A DNA stretch of 64,000 nucleotides. Origin: Marsupella aquatica. Its lineage: Eukaryota; Plantae; Marchantiophyta. Positions 50,001 through 63,480 of the stretch are shown in pieces (position 1 is the first letter of the stretch; every line of letters begins with the position of its first letter). The translations under genes were made by a program, and so were the position numbers. The notes beneath the pieces were generated by a model that saw nothing but the letters and a program-made list of their open reading frames with translations, was not told where the DNA came from and searched no databases. Location: assembly GCA_973895155.1 (NCBI GenBank), contig OZ316895.1, positions 22,394,558 through 22,458,557 on the forward strand, in the 5' to 3' direction.

Positions 50001-52433
50001 GATCCCATGTTTTAAACAGTTCCTAGGCATCTTCTAGTACTCTGATTCCGTGGGACCTATTTTAGCACTTTGTTAGGGTATCTATCTTGAACCTAAACGG
50101 ATATAGCTCTCTTTCAATGCTACCTTTCCGTGAGATTTTTGCACTTCTTTCCGAACGAGTGTTGGGATCTGGATGCTTATTTTTCATTACTGTACTGTAC
50201 TTGAAGCAGTTTTTGCTGTCATCTTCGATGGATCAGACAGTTCGGTTATGGCACATGTCGTACAGCGAGTGTTTGAGAGTCTTCACACATAGTGACTTTG
50301 GTAAGTACTTTCTAAATGTTGAAGTTTTGTTGGCTTGTTGTATGGCCTAACACAGTTGGAAATGTAAGTAAGCTCGCAAAAGTGGTTTGGTCTGGCAACT
50401 GCAAGCTTGTCTCTGTTTCTGGGGTAGGCGACAGGTGGTTGCACATGGGAATTTCTCTATATAGGATACTGGTGGCACTAATTGGGAAGAGGATGTGGCG
50501 TAATGCAGTTACGAGCATTGAGTTCAGTCCAACGGATGACCGGTATTTCTTAAGTGGATCCCTTGATGACAAAGTTCGATTATGGAGCATTCCTGATCAT
50601 CAAGTTGTGGACTGGAGTGATATTCGCGAAATGGTCACTGCTGCGAGGTACTCTCCCGACGGCAAGGTCTGTACCTTCCTCTTATTCCTTCATCTTTGTT
50701 ATATCTTCTCAGTGTAGAGAAGCTATCTTGGGATTTCTATGGATTTACCGTAGATGGAAGACATGTGCAAGATTTTGACAAATTGAAAAGAGGCTTATTA
50801 TTTTTATTCATGGGGTTGACTATGCAGAGAGCAGTTATTGGCACCTACAAGGGTACCTGTCGCTTCTATAACACAACAGGACAGAAGTTACAACTAGAGG
50901 GACAGCTTGAAGTGAAAAGTGCTCAATCGAAGAAGTCTCGTGGCAAGAAGATAACTGGCTTACAGGTATTCCAAAACGAAGAATTGATACTATGTAACTC
51001 TAGAATTCATATCTCCAGCTGTAGCGTTGCGAAGCTCTAAGTGGTACCAAGCTGGTAGGTGGAGTTTAGTAATTGAAAAAGCTTTCACTTTGAAGTGTTT
51101 TATGTGTTATTACACCCTGACGTTGGATTCGATCTGAATGAAGTTAGTATTGGCTGGTGCTTTGCAGTTTGTGCCAGGTGATTCCAACAAAGTTTTGATA
51201 ACATCCAATGATTCCCGTGTGCGAGTTTATGATGGCCTCGCTTTGAATGTTAAATTCAAAGGTGACCATTTTCCAGCACTCTTTCTTTGAATTGATGTGA
51301 TCAGTAATGTGCGTTTTGTCTCCACCTAGTTCGTCCCATGTCTTTGGCACGCTTCAAGTTGCACTCATGCCTTGATTTATACAACCGGGAAGCCAAATGT
51401 TCCCACATTGTGCTATGGTACAATAAGGTAGACTTTTTTGAACGGGTTCCTCTACGGGCTTTGGAGGTACTCCTCACTGACTGAAATTCTGCTCTTGGTT
51501 ATGTTTGTGACAGGCTTGCGTAATTTGAACAGCCAGATCTCAGCTACATTCACCAGATCAGGGGAATACATTATCAGCGCTAGTGAAGATTCTCGAATCT
51601 ACATTTGGAACTCTGGATTACAAGAATTTAGAGGCAGTCGAAAGGACAAGCCTAAGTCTTATGAGTTTTTTCCTTCCAGTAATGTGTCTGTCGCAGTACC
51701 TTGGCCTGGAATGGATCCTCAATCTGTAGTAGGTGCTGCCAAGGAAGACCAGAATGAGATGGACACCTCCAGCTCAAGACAATCAACCAATGATGGACCT
51801 TTGAGGTCGCCTCTGAGATGCAGTCCACGCAGCAGCTCATCTTCACGGTCACATGGGAGTACTCACAGCGATTCAGGCCTCACAAGTGAAAGTGTTGGGG
51901 AGTGCAAGTCGGAGCAGTCCATCAGTTTTTTAGTAAGAAATGGTTCAGGCAGGGACGGCGGTGACGAAGAAGTAACTTCAAAGAGAATTGATGCAAATGG
52001 CTCTTGTCTGGGCCAATATGACAAGGTTGGAATACGTCACAATAGTTTCAGAGAGTCTTCGCTCCGGGAGGATGGTACACGACCAGAAGCCAACTCTCCT
52101 GCGTTAAGTGTTTCCAATGACAGCCCACCATTAGGATTGTCCTCATTAAGGAGTCCGAGTCCTACCTTTTTCCCGGATGTGACCACTCCAAAAAGTTCTG
52201 CGACATGGCCTGAGGAAAAGCTTCCCCCTCTCCAAGATTCCGTGAGGTCACAAGGAGGATCATGGAGTGCCTCTTCTCCCTCACAAGATATTCTTTCCAC
52301 GGAGCTGTCACCTGAGGGTAGCACAGCCGGTGATGCAACCACAGTTTCAAGCTGGGGTCTAGTTATTGTTACAGCTAGTCTTACTGGCGAAATTCGTACC
52401 TTTCAAAATTATGGGTATCCCATACGGCTTTGA
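47062..52433 (+). CDS. WD40-repeat protein, WDR44-like
   Basis: Exons 47062-49209, 50210-50300, 50509-50666, 50828-50964, 51168-51261, 51515-52433. N-terminal DDEFYEA acidic motif, [57 protein letters not shown], C-terminal WGLVIVTA..GEIRTFQNYGYP. Confidence 0.92.
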
Positions 52434-54784
52434 CTCGCACAAGTACTGTGCAGAGTCACCTTAGAGTTTATTTATACTGTAGAAAAAAATGCAATTTATT
52501 GATGGTGGTATGTCTCAGCTAAACTGCAGTTTGCTGTGGACAATGAAATGCCGTGTGTATTGATGACCTTTATAGTGTTGCAGTTCGTCACTCCTGAACG
52601 TCTTCACTCTTATCGGTTTTGTCCGAATGAGTCAGTCATTTCTTCAGCAGACAATCAGAGATGTCCATGGTCACTTTAGGACCATAATTCAGGTACTATG
52701 TAATTCGCTTGTTTTGCCTCAGTTGCATATGATGGCTGGCGGATGGTCTGCCCTTATCTTTGCTACTGTCGTTAGTACAAGAAAACAGATGGATTGGTGA
52801 TCTTCGTTGGAGCTGGCCGTTCTTACCCAATTCTAACCCACGGAGGGGGGTTGCCTTGCGTTCAGCTCTATCCACTTCACTTCTGTTTCATATCCAGGCT
52901 TCAACCCGTCAATCGTGTGCACTTGTGAGCTATGGTCTTGGCTAAACTTTGAGTAGTGGCGATGCTTTTCATCCGCGATGAATTGGTCTCTGCCCACTTT
53001 CGAGGCTAAATCTTGGGTCGTCAAGGTAAGTTGTTTCTTGACTCTTATTGAGAGATTGAATGAGATCACTCACTCTGACGACCGCATGGTTATACTTGCA
53101 ATCTTTTCTTTAATTATTTCTATACTGTCAATCTTTTACTCAATTTTTTTTCTCTAGCAGATGGTTACTCCAACTTAAAACAACCTTCCCCAAAGGGTAT
53201 CAATAAGCTTCTAGGATTATCCAATCTAGATATGTTAGCAAAGTAGTGAAGGATACGAAGGTCCTTAAATAGAGAGTAAAGACAAATATTTTGTCCTGTA
53301 GTGTTTCAATTATTCTATTCTAGACTTGGGGGCGAATATTTTTATGAACCATTCCTTTGTTACCGGCCAAACAGAAACAAGAACTATCGAACTTCCGTGC
53401 TTGTGCCGTCAAAAACAGGAACAAGAACTTTCAAAAACTTACTGTACGTGTTTGTGACGGAGAGCGGCTATGTGGCATAATCATATGACAGGAAATTTCC
53501 ACTCCTTAGACCAGGTAATAGAATTCAGGCACACCTAATGAGTGTTATCACCGAATTAGTGTAACACTATCATGGATAGTGCTCAAAAATGTACAATCAC
53601 ACTAATATGGTGATCAACATATCTTGCTTACTTATGGGGAGCACTGTACTACCATATCGTGCTTTCCATTCTAAATTACATTCTTTGATCAGGACAAAGA
53701 CCCCATGTGTCTACATGCCGTGTATTCTGCTCATCAACCTTGATACCAGGGCAAAACATTCACACAGAACTACGTGATGATCTTACCGCAGGACAATGCC
53801 ATTATGTGAAAAGCCCCCCTCCACCATGAGACCATAAGGGTTCACCATGAAGAGTAAGGGGACATCAACACACTCATTTCGGTTCATAATCCCTCCCGAT
53901 GGGGACAACAGCACACGCATTTTGGTTCATAATCTCTCTGGAAACACATTCACAAGCAGGAGATAAATGGCAAATTCCTACCTGTACCCCGTGATGACTA
54001 TGCACGAATACATCATAGACGTGCGGAATGAGATCACATACCCGTACCACAAGATACTATTAACGACCCATACCACAAGACACTGGCGATAAGGTCGTTG
54101 CATTAAGAAACAAATGCTGGGCAAAAAAAATCTAGTTCATTCTCTCAGCTTCACCATGCGTCCTTATAATCGGCTGAACAATCAAGCGTAGCAATCTACT
54201 GATTTGCTGTAACAAAATTTTGCTGGCAAAAAGATCAAAGGCTTTGGCATGAGACTTACTGCAATGGAAAGAAACTTTTATTGGGTGGTACAGCTCAATT
54301 GAACCACATTGAACACAAATCCTCATGTACAACTAAATAGCTCCAATGAAGGACATCTGGTCAACTGTTGCCACCTAAATGGACTGTTACCCAGAAAGAG
54401 GCGAACCACATCTCGGGCTAAAACCGCTACAAACCAAATTTCTTACACATCTATAATGCCCGTCCCTTCCACTGCACACTCCACCAGCAGCTCCAAATTA
54501 AGGGAGTGGGAGAATTCTTCGAGTAAACAAGAAAGCAACCCATTTGTTGGGCAATCCATGTAGGCTAGAGGTAGAAAGGTCAATGGGGCTATCAACCACC
54601 TCATTCCCACCTGCGGCCTGTGACACTCTCCAGACGGTTGGAGCATTCCTTGACAGCAAAGATCACCCTCTGCAACGTACCTGTGCTTCTACAGCTAAAT
54701 TCATCAGGAAAGCCAAATTACACACCCTCCACGGGTCATACCAACAAAAGCTTGTAGTAGCAAAACACAGGCCATAAATGTCGA

Positions 54785-57700
54785 TCAATTGATTGCTGTC
54801 GCAGACCGGGGGGCACCACGTCCCCTTCCATAACCATTTCCCCGGCCACCCATATATCCACCTCCATAGTACCCACCCCTGTATCCACCGCGACGTCCAC
54901 CTCGGCGCCCTCGTGATCTTAGTGGAAAGTTGCCAAATGTCTGAAATAAAAACCACAAGGTATAGGAACTACACATTTTAGAGAACGGAAAGGAGTTGGA
55001 AATGCACAGAATAGAGAATGAAGTTTGCTTTGTAGTAGACTATTGTAAGTTATCAAAAGCATCTTCTGCAGCGGAGTGTCCTCCGACCATTCCTAGTAAT
55101 GCACACGGGCAATCTATCGCCGTGCTTACGCTTCAAGCACGTTACCTTTAAAGAAACACTATGACCATGTTTCTTGACAATGATATATCTAAAAATGAGA
55201 AACACATTTGGAATGTAAACGACTTCAATCCACCGTTCCCTACGTACGACTTGAATTTGCTAACTGAGGATCTGAAAACCTCACCTCGGTATCTATCTTG
55301 CGTTGCTCGGAAAATTTCGTTCGTTCAGCTCGGCCTTCTTCCCGGTCGAGGGCATCACATGAGAGAGAGTCAAAGAAGTCGTCCTTCACGTACACAGGCT
55401 GCATAGACATTCCCCGTCATTCGGATAGAGCGTTCGAAACCAAATTCAAACTAGGCGAGGCCGAGAAACACTGCTTATTATCACTCATATTATACACAGA
55501 TGCTGCTTCAAGGATGGACTGGGTAACAGTCGTGAGGACCAAGCACCCACCTTCTTCAATGGATCCGGGGAGCCTTTGTCCAGGTCTTCATCATCGAGAA
55601 TTCCATCGACAAGTTCTTCCTCAACGTCATCCACAACCTTTTCCCTCACATCACCTTTACCACCAAGCTCCCCCCAGACCTCGTTTTTATTGAACTTCTC
55701 GTTCATTGCGGTGAAATCAAAATCCTCTGTGAAATGCTGCGTAGGTTGCGCCAACTGTACAGCACAAAAGTTCGATATCATATTCCTACCTGAGTTCAGT
55801 TTGAACTTGCTTGTTGCCATATATCACTTCCAAATCCCAACTCAAACGCATGAGCCTCAGCATGGATGTCAGAAGAGTGCACCTCAGCAGAGTGGGGTGG
55901 TCACTTACATTGTGAAAGCGAGGTCATCAAATTGATTTAATCTGAGTAAATGATGACCATGAAACTTTGAAACGTAGCAGAATCAGTGACCAGTTAGAAA
56001 CCACAGATGATAAAATGTTGTTGATAATGTGTTACAAAACTGTCTTCGTTCCTTACCCCAATGCCTCTCCCACTACCGCTGCCCCTTCCTCTTCCCCTGC
56101 GTACATAGGTGTGCCCCATTGTGCCATTCCCCTGGGAAAAACAGTACAGCATAAGGGTTTATCTGCTCACTTAGCAGCAGCCAATTCTTCGACCTAGATA
56201 ATAAAGAACATCCAGAAGACTTTAAAAATGAGCACAACAGGAATACACCCCATCAAAGAAACACTGCTTGGAGGAAATAAGCTGTTTTTTTTTTAAAACC
56301 CAGAGTAACTCCGGGAAGAAACGGGATGCAACGGGATGCAACAGAAAGTCAAAGAGGCCCTTCACAAAGAGATAATAGTTTGAACTCAATACAAACGAGC
56401 ATCCAGAAGCCTTCAAAGATGAGCAGAAATGCAAAACAGGCGATGGAAGAAAGATTGATTAGAGGAGGTAATCTGGTTCAAACAAAACCAGAGTACCTCC
56501 GGGAAGACACAGGAGGCAGGCAGAAAGCCAAAGAAGCCCTTCACAAAAAGATAATACTTTGAACTAGATACAAAAGAACATCCAGAAGCCCTCCACAAAG
56601 AGTTAACCCCTTAAAAAGCTAGATGTAATAGTCAAATCAGCAAGCATTACACCCACCCTAACTTAAACTCCCTTGACGTCTGATCGGACTGAGTTCAGAA
56701 TGACTACCTGGTCATCCAGAGAGGCAACCCTGTTAGATATGTCACACCTCTAGAGGAATCATATTTCTACTGTGCACCAAGCAACATTTTCATACCTGAT
56801 GTGTCTGCTTTTGTGGAGTTGACGCAGTGGGCAGTGGGAGTAGAGGTTGAGTTTGTTGCTGGGGAGTTTGACCAGGTGTAGATATAGCAGGCTGATGTTG
56901 GGCCGATTCTGGCTCAACCCCTTGCTTCATTTGACTTGATCCAGCAGTCTTCCCAGAAGCTAACAAGACTCCTGGGGGTGCTTGGGTAGTTGCTAGTGAT
57001 CGCTGGGCCACACCCGTACTTGCTGAAGACACTGCTGGAGTGATGAGACCGGAAGAATTTGTTCCTCCAGTCGCTCCTGAGGATTGAGATTGTGGAGGTG
57101 ATGGCTGAGCAGATCCCAAAACTCTTCGGGGGTTCTTGGCAGCTGGAGTGATCACAGCACTAACCCCCTGCACTGCTTGTGGAGCGCTGACAGCTGCAGA
57201 GACTGGTAAACTTGAGGCAACAGATGACGGGGCTGAAACTGAGGCCGACACAACAGGTGCCTGTAATGCATTGCTTCCAGGGACATTCGCTGTGGGAACT
57301 GCCGGAGCACTATCACTGACCGCAGGCACAGTTGAAGTGCTGGGCAAGGGACTACTAGCTGGCTGTAGCTGAGAAGCCAATGGTGGTGGAATTCCACTGC
57401 TCAAGTTCAAAGGTGGGGATGGACGAGACCCGAGCTGTTGAGCGGCCTGGCGACGGAACGCATCCAGCTGGGACTGAGGCTGGGGTTGTGCCTGGGGCTG
57501 GGGCAAAGGCGGCTGAGGCAACGAAGGGGGTGGTTGTGGGGGCATTTGCTGCTGTAAAAATGGCTGCCCCCCGGGCGGCCTGTAGTATCCCGGCCAATAC
57601 ATAGGCATTGCAAGGTTTCCATTTGGTCCGGTTGGCGGGGGAGGACCCCAAGCTGCCGCCGGCTGATACATTTGTGGGACACCACCCCGAAACGCAGATG

Positions 57701-59187
57701 GAGGAAGCCCAGGATAAGGAAGCTGAGGAGGTGCATCCTGAGGTCCCGGTTGTGGCTGAGCATAGGGGGAAGGGGGTATGGAAGCCGGCTGTGAATATTG
57801 TGACTGTGAAAGCGACCAAAACAGTGAGAGTCAATATACATGAATCCTCAAAGCATTAAGTGAAAGGACCACTGATGGCAACAATTGCAGTCCCGGTTGA
57901 TCGTGCAAATCAAAGTTAAGTTAACATCTCAATAGAAGTCCCACGCTGCCTCTCGTAAAGAATTCCACAAGACACCGCAACTTGAAACCGCAACCGAGCA
58001 CAAATAAAACCTACATCATTACTCTATCCATGATCCAAGCTCCGGCTCAATGCTGAAAATGTACTAATGAGAGAAACCAGTAGTCCGCTACAAGGAGGAG
58101 ATACGTCGCACGTTACTCGCTAAAAATACACAACCAGCTCAAAAGCCAAGAAGGGCAACCAGAGAGGCACCTGAAGCGATATGATTGCTGGATCAGTCGG
58201 TGGCTGAGGAGGTGGTTGTATGGATGGGGACGACTTCACTTGAAGATCCTGTACAAACAACCGAGACATGTTAATGCTAGATGACCGCATACCGCGGGGC
58301 GAGCGCAAAAGAACAAGTTCCTCGTCAGCCTCCACGTAGGTCCACACCCAAACCGAGGTTAAAAGCCGGTAAGAGCTACGAGGTGTATTCCCGTTGCCAT
58401 AAACAGACAACAGCGGAAATAAGAAAAGAGAACGACGCAAAAAGCATCTATGCCAAGCAGTGAGAAAGAATGATGGACCAATCATCCTTAAAACCAGTGG
58501 AAGACGGGAAGACCAAGAAAGGCGCAATGGTAGGCACCTTAATATCAGATCCTCGAAAGATAATGTAATCATACACTTTATCACTAGCATAGATTGGAAG
58601 GCCATCCTTCTTTCGACCCTCTGTCCCAAAAGAACGAACTGCAGGCATAAAGCGAAAAAATCATGTGCGCTGCAACTAAACAAAAATCAGCAGAAAGGGA
58701 AGTAATGAAAAGTAAAGCATTTCATAGTCACTGTAATGTCACTTGATCTCTTTGCTCTGGAGCCTCTGCAGACAGAAGCGGAAATAAACAGCGTAATTTG
58801 TCATCTACGACCATCTACACCACGTGCTGATTGTCAAAGTATCCCTACTGTAGGGCTTGGCAAATGAATCGGCCAACCACAAATCGTTTCAACTGTGTAT
58901 TGGTCAAAGCGAATACGAAAGGCCCTAATAATCTCCATTGCCGTACACAAGCACCTCACTTAAGCAAGATGCACTAAACCTACAAAAACTTTTGAGATAA
59001 TACAGAAGACGAGACCTAAACCACGAACCAATCGAGAAAACATACCATTCTGTAGAGCAATGTTCGAATTTTCTGTATCTACCGTAAACAGGATGCCCTC
59101 ATACCGAATCTCACTCTTCGAAGTGAGACTGATGAGGCTCCCAATATAGGAATCGGCGGTATTCGCCCCGCCACTGCCGTCCCCCAT
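54785..59187 (-). CDS. DCP5: DECAPPING 5 (LSM14/Scd6 family)
   Basis: Exons 59187-59046, 58638-58538, 58248-58171, 57803-56796, 56131-56057, 55755-55550, 55398-55285, 54940-54785. Lsm domain [40 protein letters not shown]; FDF, FFD and TFG boxes; RGG tail. Confidence 0.96.
56203..56602. repeat. ~190-bp tandem duplication in a DCP5 intron (2 copies plus a partial)
   Basis: catccagaag..aa.atgagca..acagg..ctccgggaaga..cagaaag..aaaga.gcccttcacaaa.agataata.tttgaact, starting near 56208, 56400 and 56579. Confidence 0.85.
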
Positions 59188-59631
59188 CTCGCCCTGAAAC
59201 TCCTCTTATCCTTCCCTTCGTCCCTGTTCCTCCTCCTCTCTGTCCGTCGCTTTCTTTTCCCTCCTATTTCTCAAATACTCCAATCGCTACAACAAGCCTA
59301 CTCCTCCTCCTATACTCGTCGATGCTGTCGTCGTCTTCTTCCTCTTTTCCTCGCACTCCTGCGCCATAAAAAAGGCTCCCTCTTCCTCGCCTCGAGGCTC
59401 GCTCCGTCTTCCACCGGCTCCTCTTCCGCTCCCCTAATTCGCCCGTGCAGCGCCCTAAAAAACACCGCCAGAACTTCAAACTCAGCAATCCGCCTATCGT
59501 TCGAATCCTCTCCGTCTCCTTTCCTCTCCGCTCCGCACTCGATCGTTCCTCACGACATCTTCCACTCCTCTCCAGAACATGTCCACATGATCACATCGTC
59601 AAGAGCTTTTTCTTCTCTCCTCTCGCGCTCG

Positions 59632-59658
59632 CTCTCTCGCTCTCTCTCTCTCTCTCTC
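59632..59658. repeat. (CT)n/(GA)n microsatellite in the DCP5 5' leader
   Basis: ctctctcgctctctctctctctctc; GAGA-type element. Confidence 0.8.
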
Positions 59659-61425
59659 CGCTTTCTTCGAGAGCTCTCTTCGCTTTACGATTTGCAACAT
59701 CGAAACTCGAAGCTCCGTCTTTCGCTTTTGTATGCGCTTTCTCTTACCCTCCTCTCCGACAAGCATGGAAGCCTCCAAAACCCCCATCTGACCCTGGTCG
59801 ACTCACTTCAAACCCCGGTTAACGTCTCCTATTGACTACTGACCGCCCGCGACCCGCCGTCGCGTGACTCGCCGTAGCTCCGCCGTTGCCTTCGTCGACC
59901 GCCCACGACCCGCGCCGGTCCCGCCGTCGTACCTGTCGTTGACGATGGCCGTCGCGCGGCCTCTTCAGTCTTCACTCCGCGCCGGTGACGCTTCCGCCGT
60001 CGTCCCGCCGTTTTTCCTGCAGTAGCCCGCCGATTGTTCGCAAACGGCAACTATCTTGCCTGCGCGGTCCGCAAACAAGTGAGGCCGTGTTTTCGTGTGC
60101 TATCGGTACCCGCCGGGTACGTGAGCGAACACCGGCGTTTACGCTCCGGGATGAGGTACTACCCAGAGGTTAAATCACCCAAGCTAGACATACATATTTC
60201 ACCTGGGAATAATCAACTCGCTCTTGGTATTCTTTTTGTTTTTTTATTCTATCATAAGCTTGGATTGGATGGAATTCACAAGATGTTCTTTGTATTCTTA
60301 TTTTTATCATAAGCTTGGACGGGATCCAAGAATGTTCTTTGCATGTAAGTAAAATTTTATTGCCTTACATCCATGTTATCCTAGTTGAATGCATGTTTAT
60401 ATAAATCCTATGCAAGCCTAGAAATCCAAGATCATAGCTCACCAAAAAAAAACTCCATTAAAAAAATTAATCATTGATTCTCAAAACAGTTGGATCTGAA
60501 CTGTCAATCTCAGCAATCCGACAAATGGACCATCTTCTCTAATTATTTGCTAGATTGCCTAAAACGCGCAAATTATCTGGAAACTGGCTTAGAAATGGAT
60601 GTGCGACCCCTAGAAATGAAGATTAATTTTCTCCAGAAAGTAATAGAGTATCAAACAGTTTTGGGGGCATGTGCGAATTTGTACAATTTCACTTTCTTTT
60701 TCTTAACAACCGTGTGTGAGACTATTTGACTTGTGACCATAATTAATATCATACAGTGTTAGTGTCACACACACTAGTTACTTTCACCTTCACTAACTAT
60801 AACCTTGCAGTAAATAGGTCATGTGAGACTAAAGGCCGCAAATTAAGGGTATAGTTTAGGAGTTTGTGGAAAAGACAACTGAACTTGATTCACATCTAGC
60901 TACAGTAGGTGACTTGAGCAAAATTACTTTTTTATTCTAGAATGTCACAACTAGGGATGGTGGATCAAGTGGTAGTTTGTTACTTGGGATAAGTAACTAC
61001 AAAAGTTAAACCATGCACCCGGGAACAAGAGGCCCTCTTGTGCATAGTCCTTCTCTCTCTTTGGATGTGCAACCATCCCTCTGCCTCCCCCCACAGCCAT
61101 CAGATTGCCACTTGCCCTTGTGCCTCCTATGCACCATTCAATGTGATGGGCTCGAAAGAAAGGTTGAAAGGTCTCTTAGAGATCAATAGCATATTCAAAA
61201 CTATAGAATACTAAGTGAGCAAAGGGAACAACAATCTGTTCAAACTTCTTGGTGGAATTTCAACTTCTTAGATCTTGGTTGTCCATTCAAAATCTTGCTA
61301 TCTTGGCTATCCCTTTTTGTTTGCATCTGGTGATCTTGTCCGTCCATTTCACCAGGTCATCTATCATGGCTCAAAAAGAAAAACTTGCAGAGATTTATGG
61401 ATGAGGTTTTTCCATTTGAAAGTAG

Positions 61426-61594
61426 TGTTGTGATATAGGATTCATACATAGTTGGAGAGGGACAGAGATTGAATGAATGTATTAATGAATGAATGAATTA
61501 CTCGGTTGGGGATCAACCGGGTGTATATATAGTGTCTTGAGGTAACCATGGTAAAGGTAACCTCCTAGTCTGGTCTAGGACTAGTTACATAACA
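61426..61594 (-). mobile_element. Candidate short solo LTR
   Basis: Bounded by TGTTGTG...CATAACA (imperfect terminal inverted repeat, TG..CA), internal TATATATA and (TTCA)n on the minus strand. TSD not convincing (agtag/agaga). Confidence 0.35.
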
Positions 61595-63099
61595 AGAGAG
61601 TTCATATTTTTACAAAAAAAACAAATGTTCTTGGTTGTAAAATTCATATGCACTGCAATTGTTGCCATTCATTGATTTTTGCATCTGGTGATCTTGTTGG
61701 TCCAGTAGGCAATCGCTAGCAGACAAGAAACATCTTGATGAGATTTATTGTTGTTTTTCTTTGCAAAAGTGAATACATATTTTTGCGAATAAAAATAAAA
61801 CCAAATCCATTTTTTGTTTGGTCCATTGCTTGATTAGTTCCCTAGTTTGAATCCTCATTGGCTCAGAAATACCATATGTGTATGAAAAGTTGACAAGATT
61901 TATATCCACATGCAGGTGCCGCATAATTGTATCCATTCATGTAATAAAGCTCTATTTGGTTGCCCAATTGGTGTCATGATGTCTAGCAGTCTAGCATAGT
62001 GACAAGAACACATCGTAAACCACCGGTGACCAAACAATCAAGTAGACACAATGCAAACCACGTGATCAATGATAAAAATGTACACAATGAAATGATATAA
62101 ATCTCCAAGGATCACTACATGGAGAGCCATACATCATGTGCGAGGTCTGGATCATTTGTGACCCACCTAAGTCACTTTATATAAAATCCTAGGGCATCAA
62201 AGATGACACGTATGCATTTGCGATAAAATAACCTTATGTTTCCATTCACAACTTAATAAGTCTTCCATCAAAACCATTTAGAAGACACTATACTTTGTTG
62301 CACGTGATATACCACTTCCATAGAAGTGACCCCCCATATACATATTGGTGTAGACCTCTATATATAAAAGGCATAATAGAAACAAGGTTATTTAAATCAA
62401 AATGTGAACCAGTGAGATGCCAAGATCGGTCTGGATCATCTAATAAATCATTTGACGTCTAACTTTGTGTGGGGAATGATGATGTATGGCTGAAGTGCTC
62501 TGCCTCAACAATGATTCAATAAAAAGTAAGTGAACAATGAGCAGACCAAACCTAAATAGTGAGCCAAAGGTGCCCCTAACAAATGGGGTGTGCATGCTTG
62601 AAGAACACCCCACGAGAACATTAACCCTAACTTGGGCAAATGAAACCCAAACAGGGAGCAACAAAATGCATGATGAACCCTACAACTTGGCGGTCATGCC
62701 AGGGACATGGAGTGAGGCACTGATGGCCATGTACCAAGGCATGACATCGGAGACAAGACCTGCAATTTGGGGGGCATTTAGATTTATTGATGGAAATTAT
62801 ATGGACTTGAAGGTGAACTCCAGGCTGGTGTTAGCTTGACAGGCTTCTATCTGATTTTGGAGAAGCTTGCACCCTTACAAACAGCAAGGATTATAAGCTA
62901 GTGAATGAACCACCAACTATCATAAGGTGAGAACTAGGATTGCCCATTACTAGTCTACAAGTGTTAACTTCATGTGTTTTCTAGGAAACTATGTAAGATT
63001 GTCCCAAATATTCCAATTTTTTTATGTTGTATATTATTGAAGGATCGTGCATTTCTTGCATTTATTTGGGAATCATTCATGCAAAATCACAATTGAATT

Positions 63100-63480
63100 T
63101 TAAGGTATTAACAACAAGTTTGGGCTCTTTAGAACTGTTTTGTGGAGGAGCCAGTGCTTTGCAAATACATGATGACAATACTGGAATTTTAAAATCAAAG
63201 ACCTTTGAAGCAATATGCCCCATTCCATTTCCTTTGTAGCTGGTGTGTTGGTGGGCAGTAGACATAACCATTACATACATTGAAGCCCCGCTCCATATTT
63301 AGGTGCATGGAGCTAGTGTGAAGAGGGGGTCTGTAGTGGAGAAGGCATGTTGGAGGCTCAAAGCTATGCTCAATATCTTGGCATTACCTCTGTCCACTCT
63401 AGACTCTCTTTTGATACAACAACATGAGATGGGCATTCTTGCTCCATTTGTATATAGTTTTGTTCTGGTAACAGGCCATT
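63100..63480 (+). pseudogene. Possible PIF/Harbinger transposase remnant
   Basis: HGAS..GSVVEKACWRLKAMLNIL resembles the Harbinger R..VERAFG.LK.RF.IL motif; heavily decayed. Confidence 0.35.

Noticed and set aside
58120-58683. 187-aa ORF reading through DCP5 intron 2
   Set aside because: Out of frame with exon 2, non-ATG start; a chance open intron.
62537-62839. 100-aa ORF in the right-hand intergenic region
   Set aside because: No recognisable motif, and the CpG-depleted decayed context suggests TE debris.
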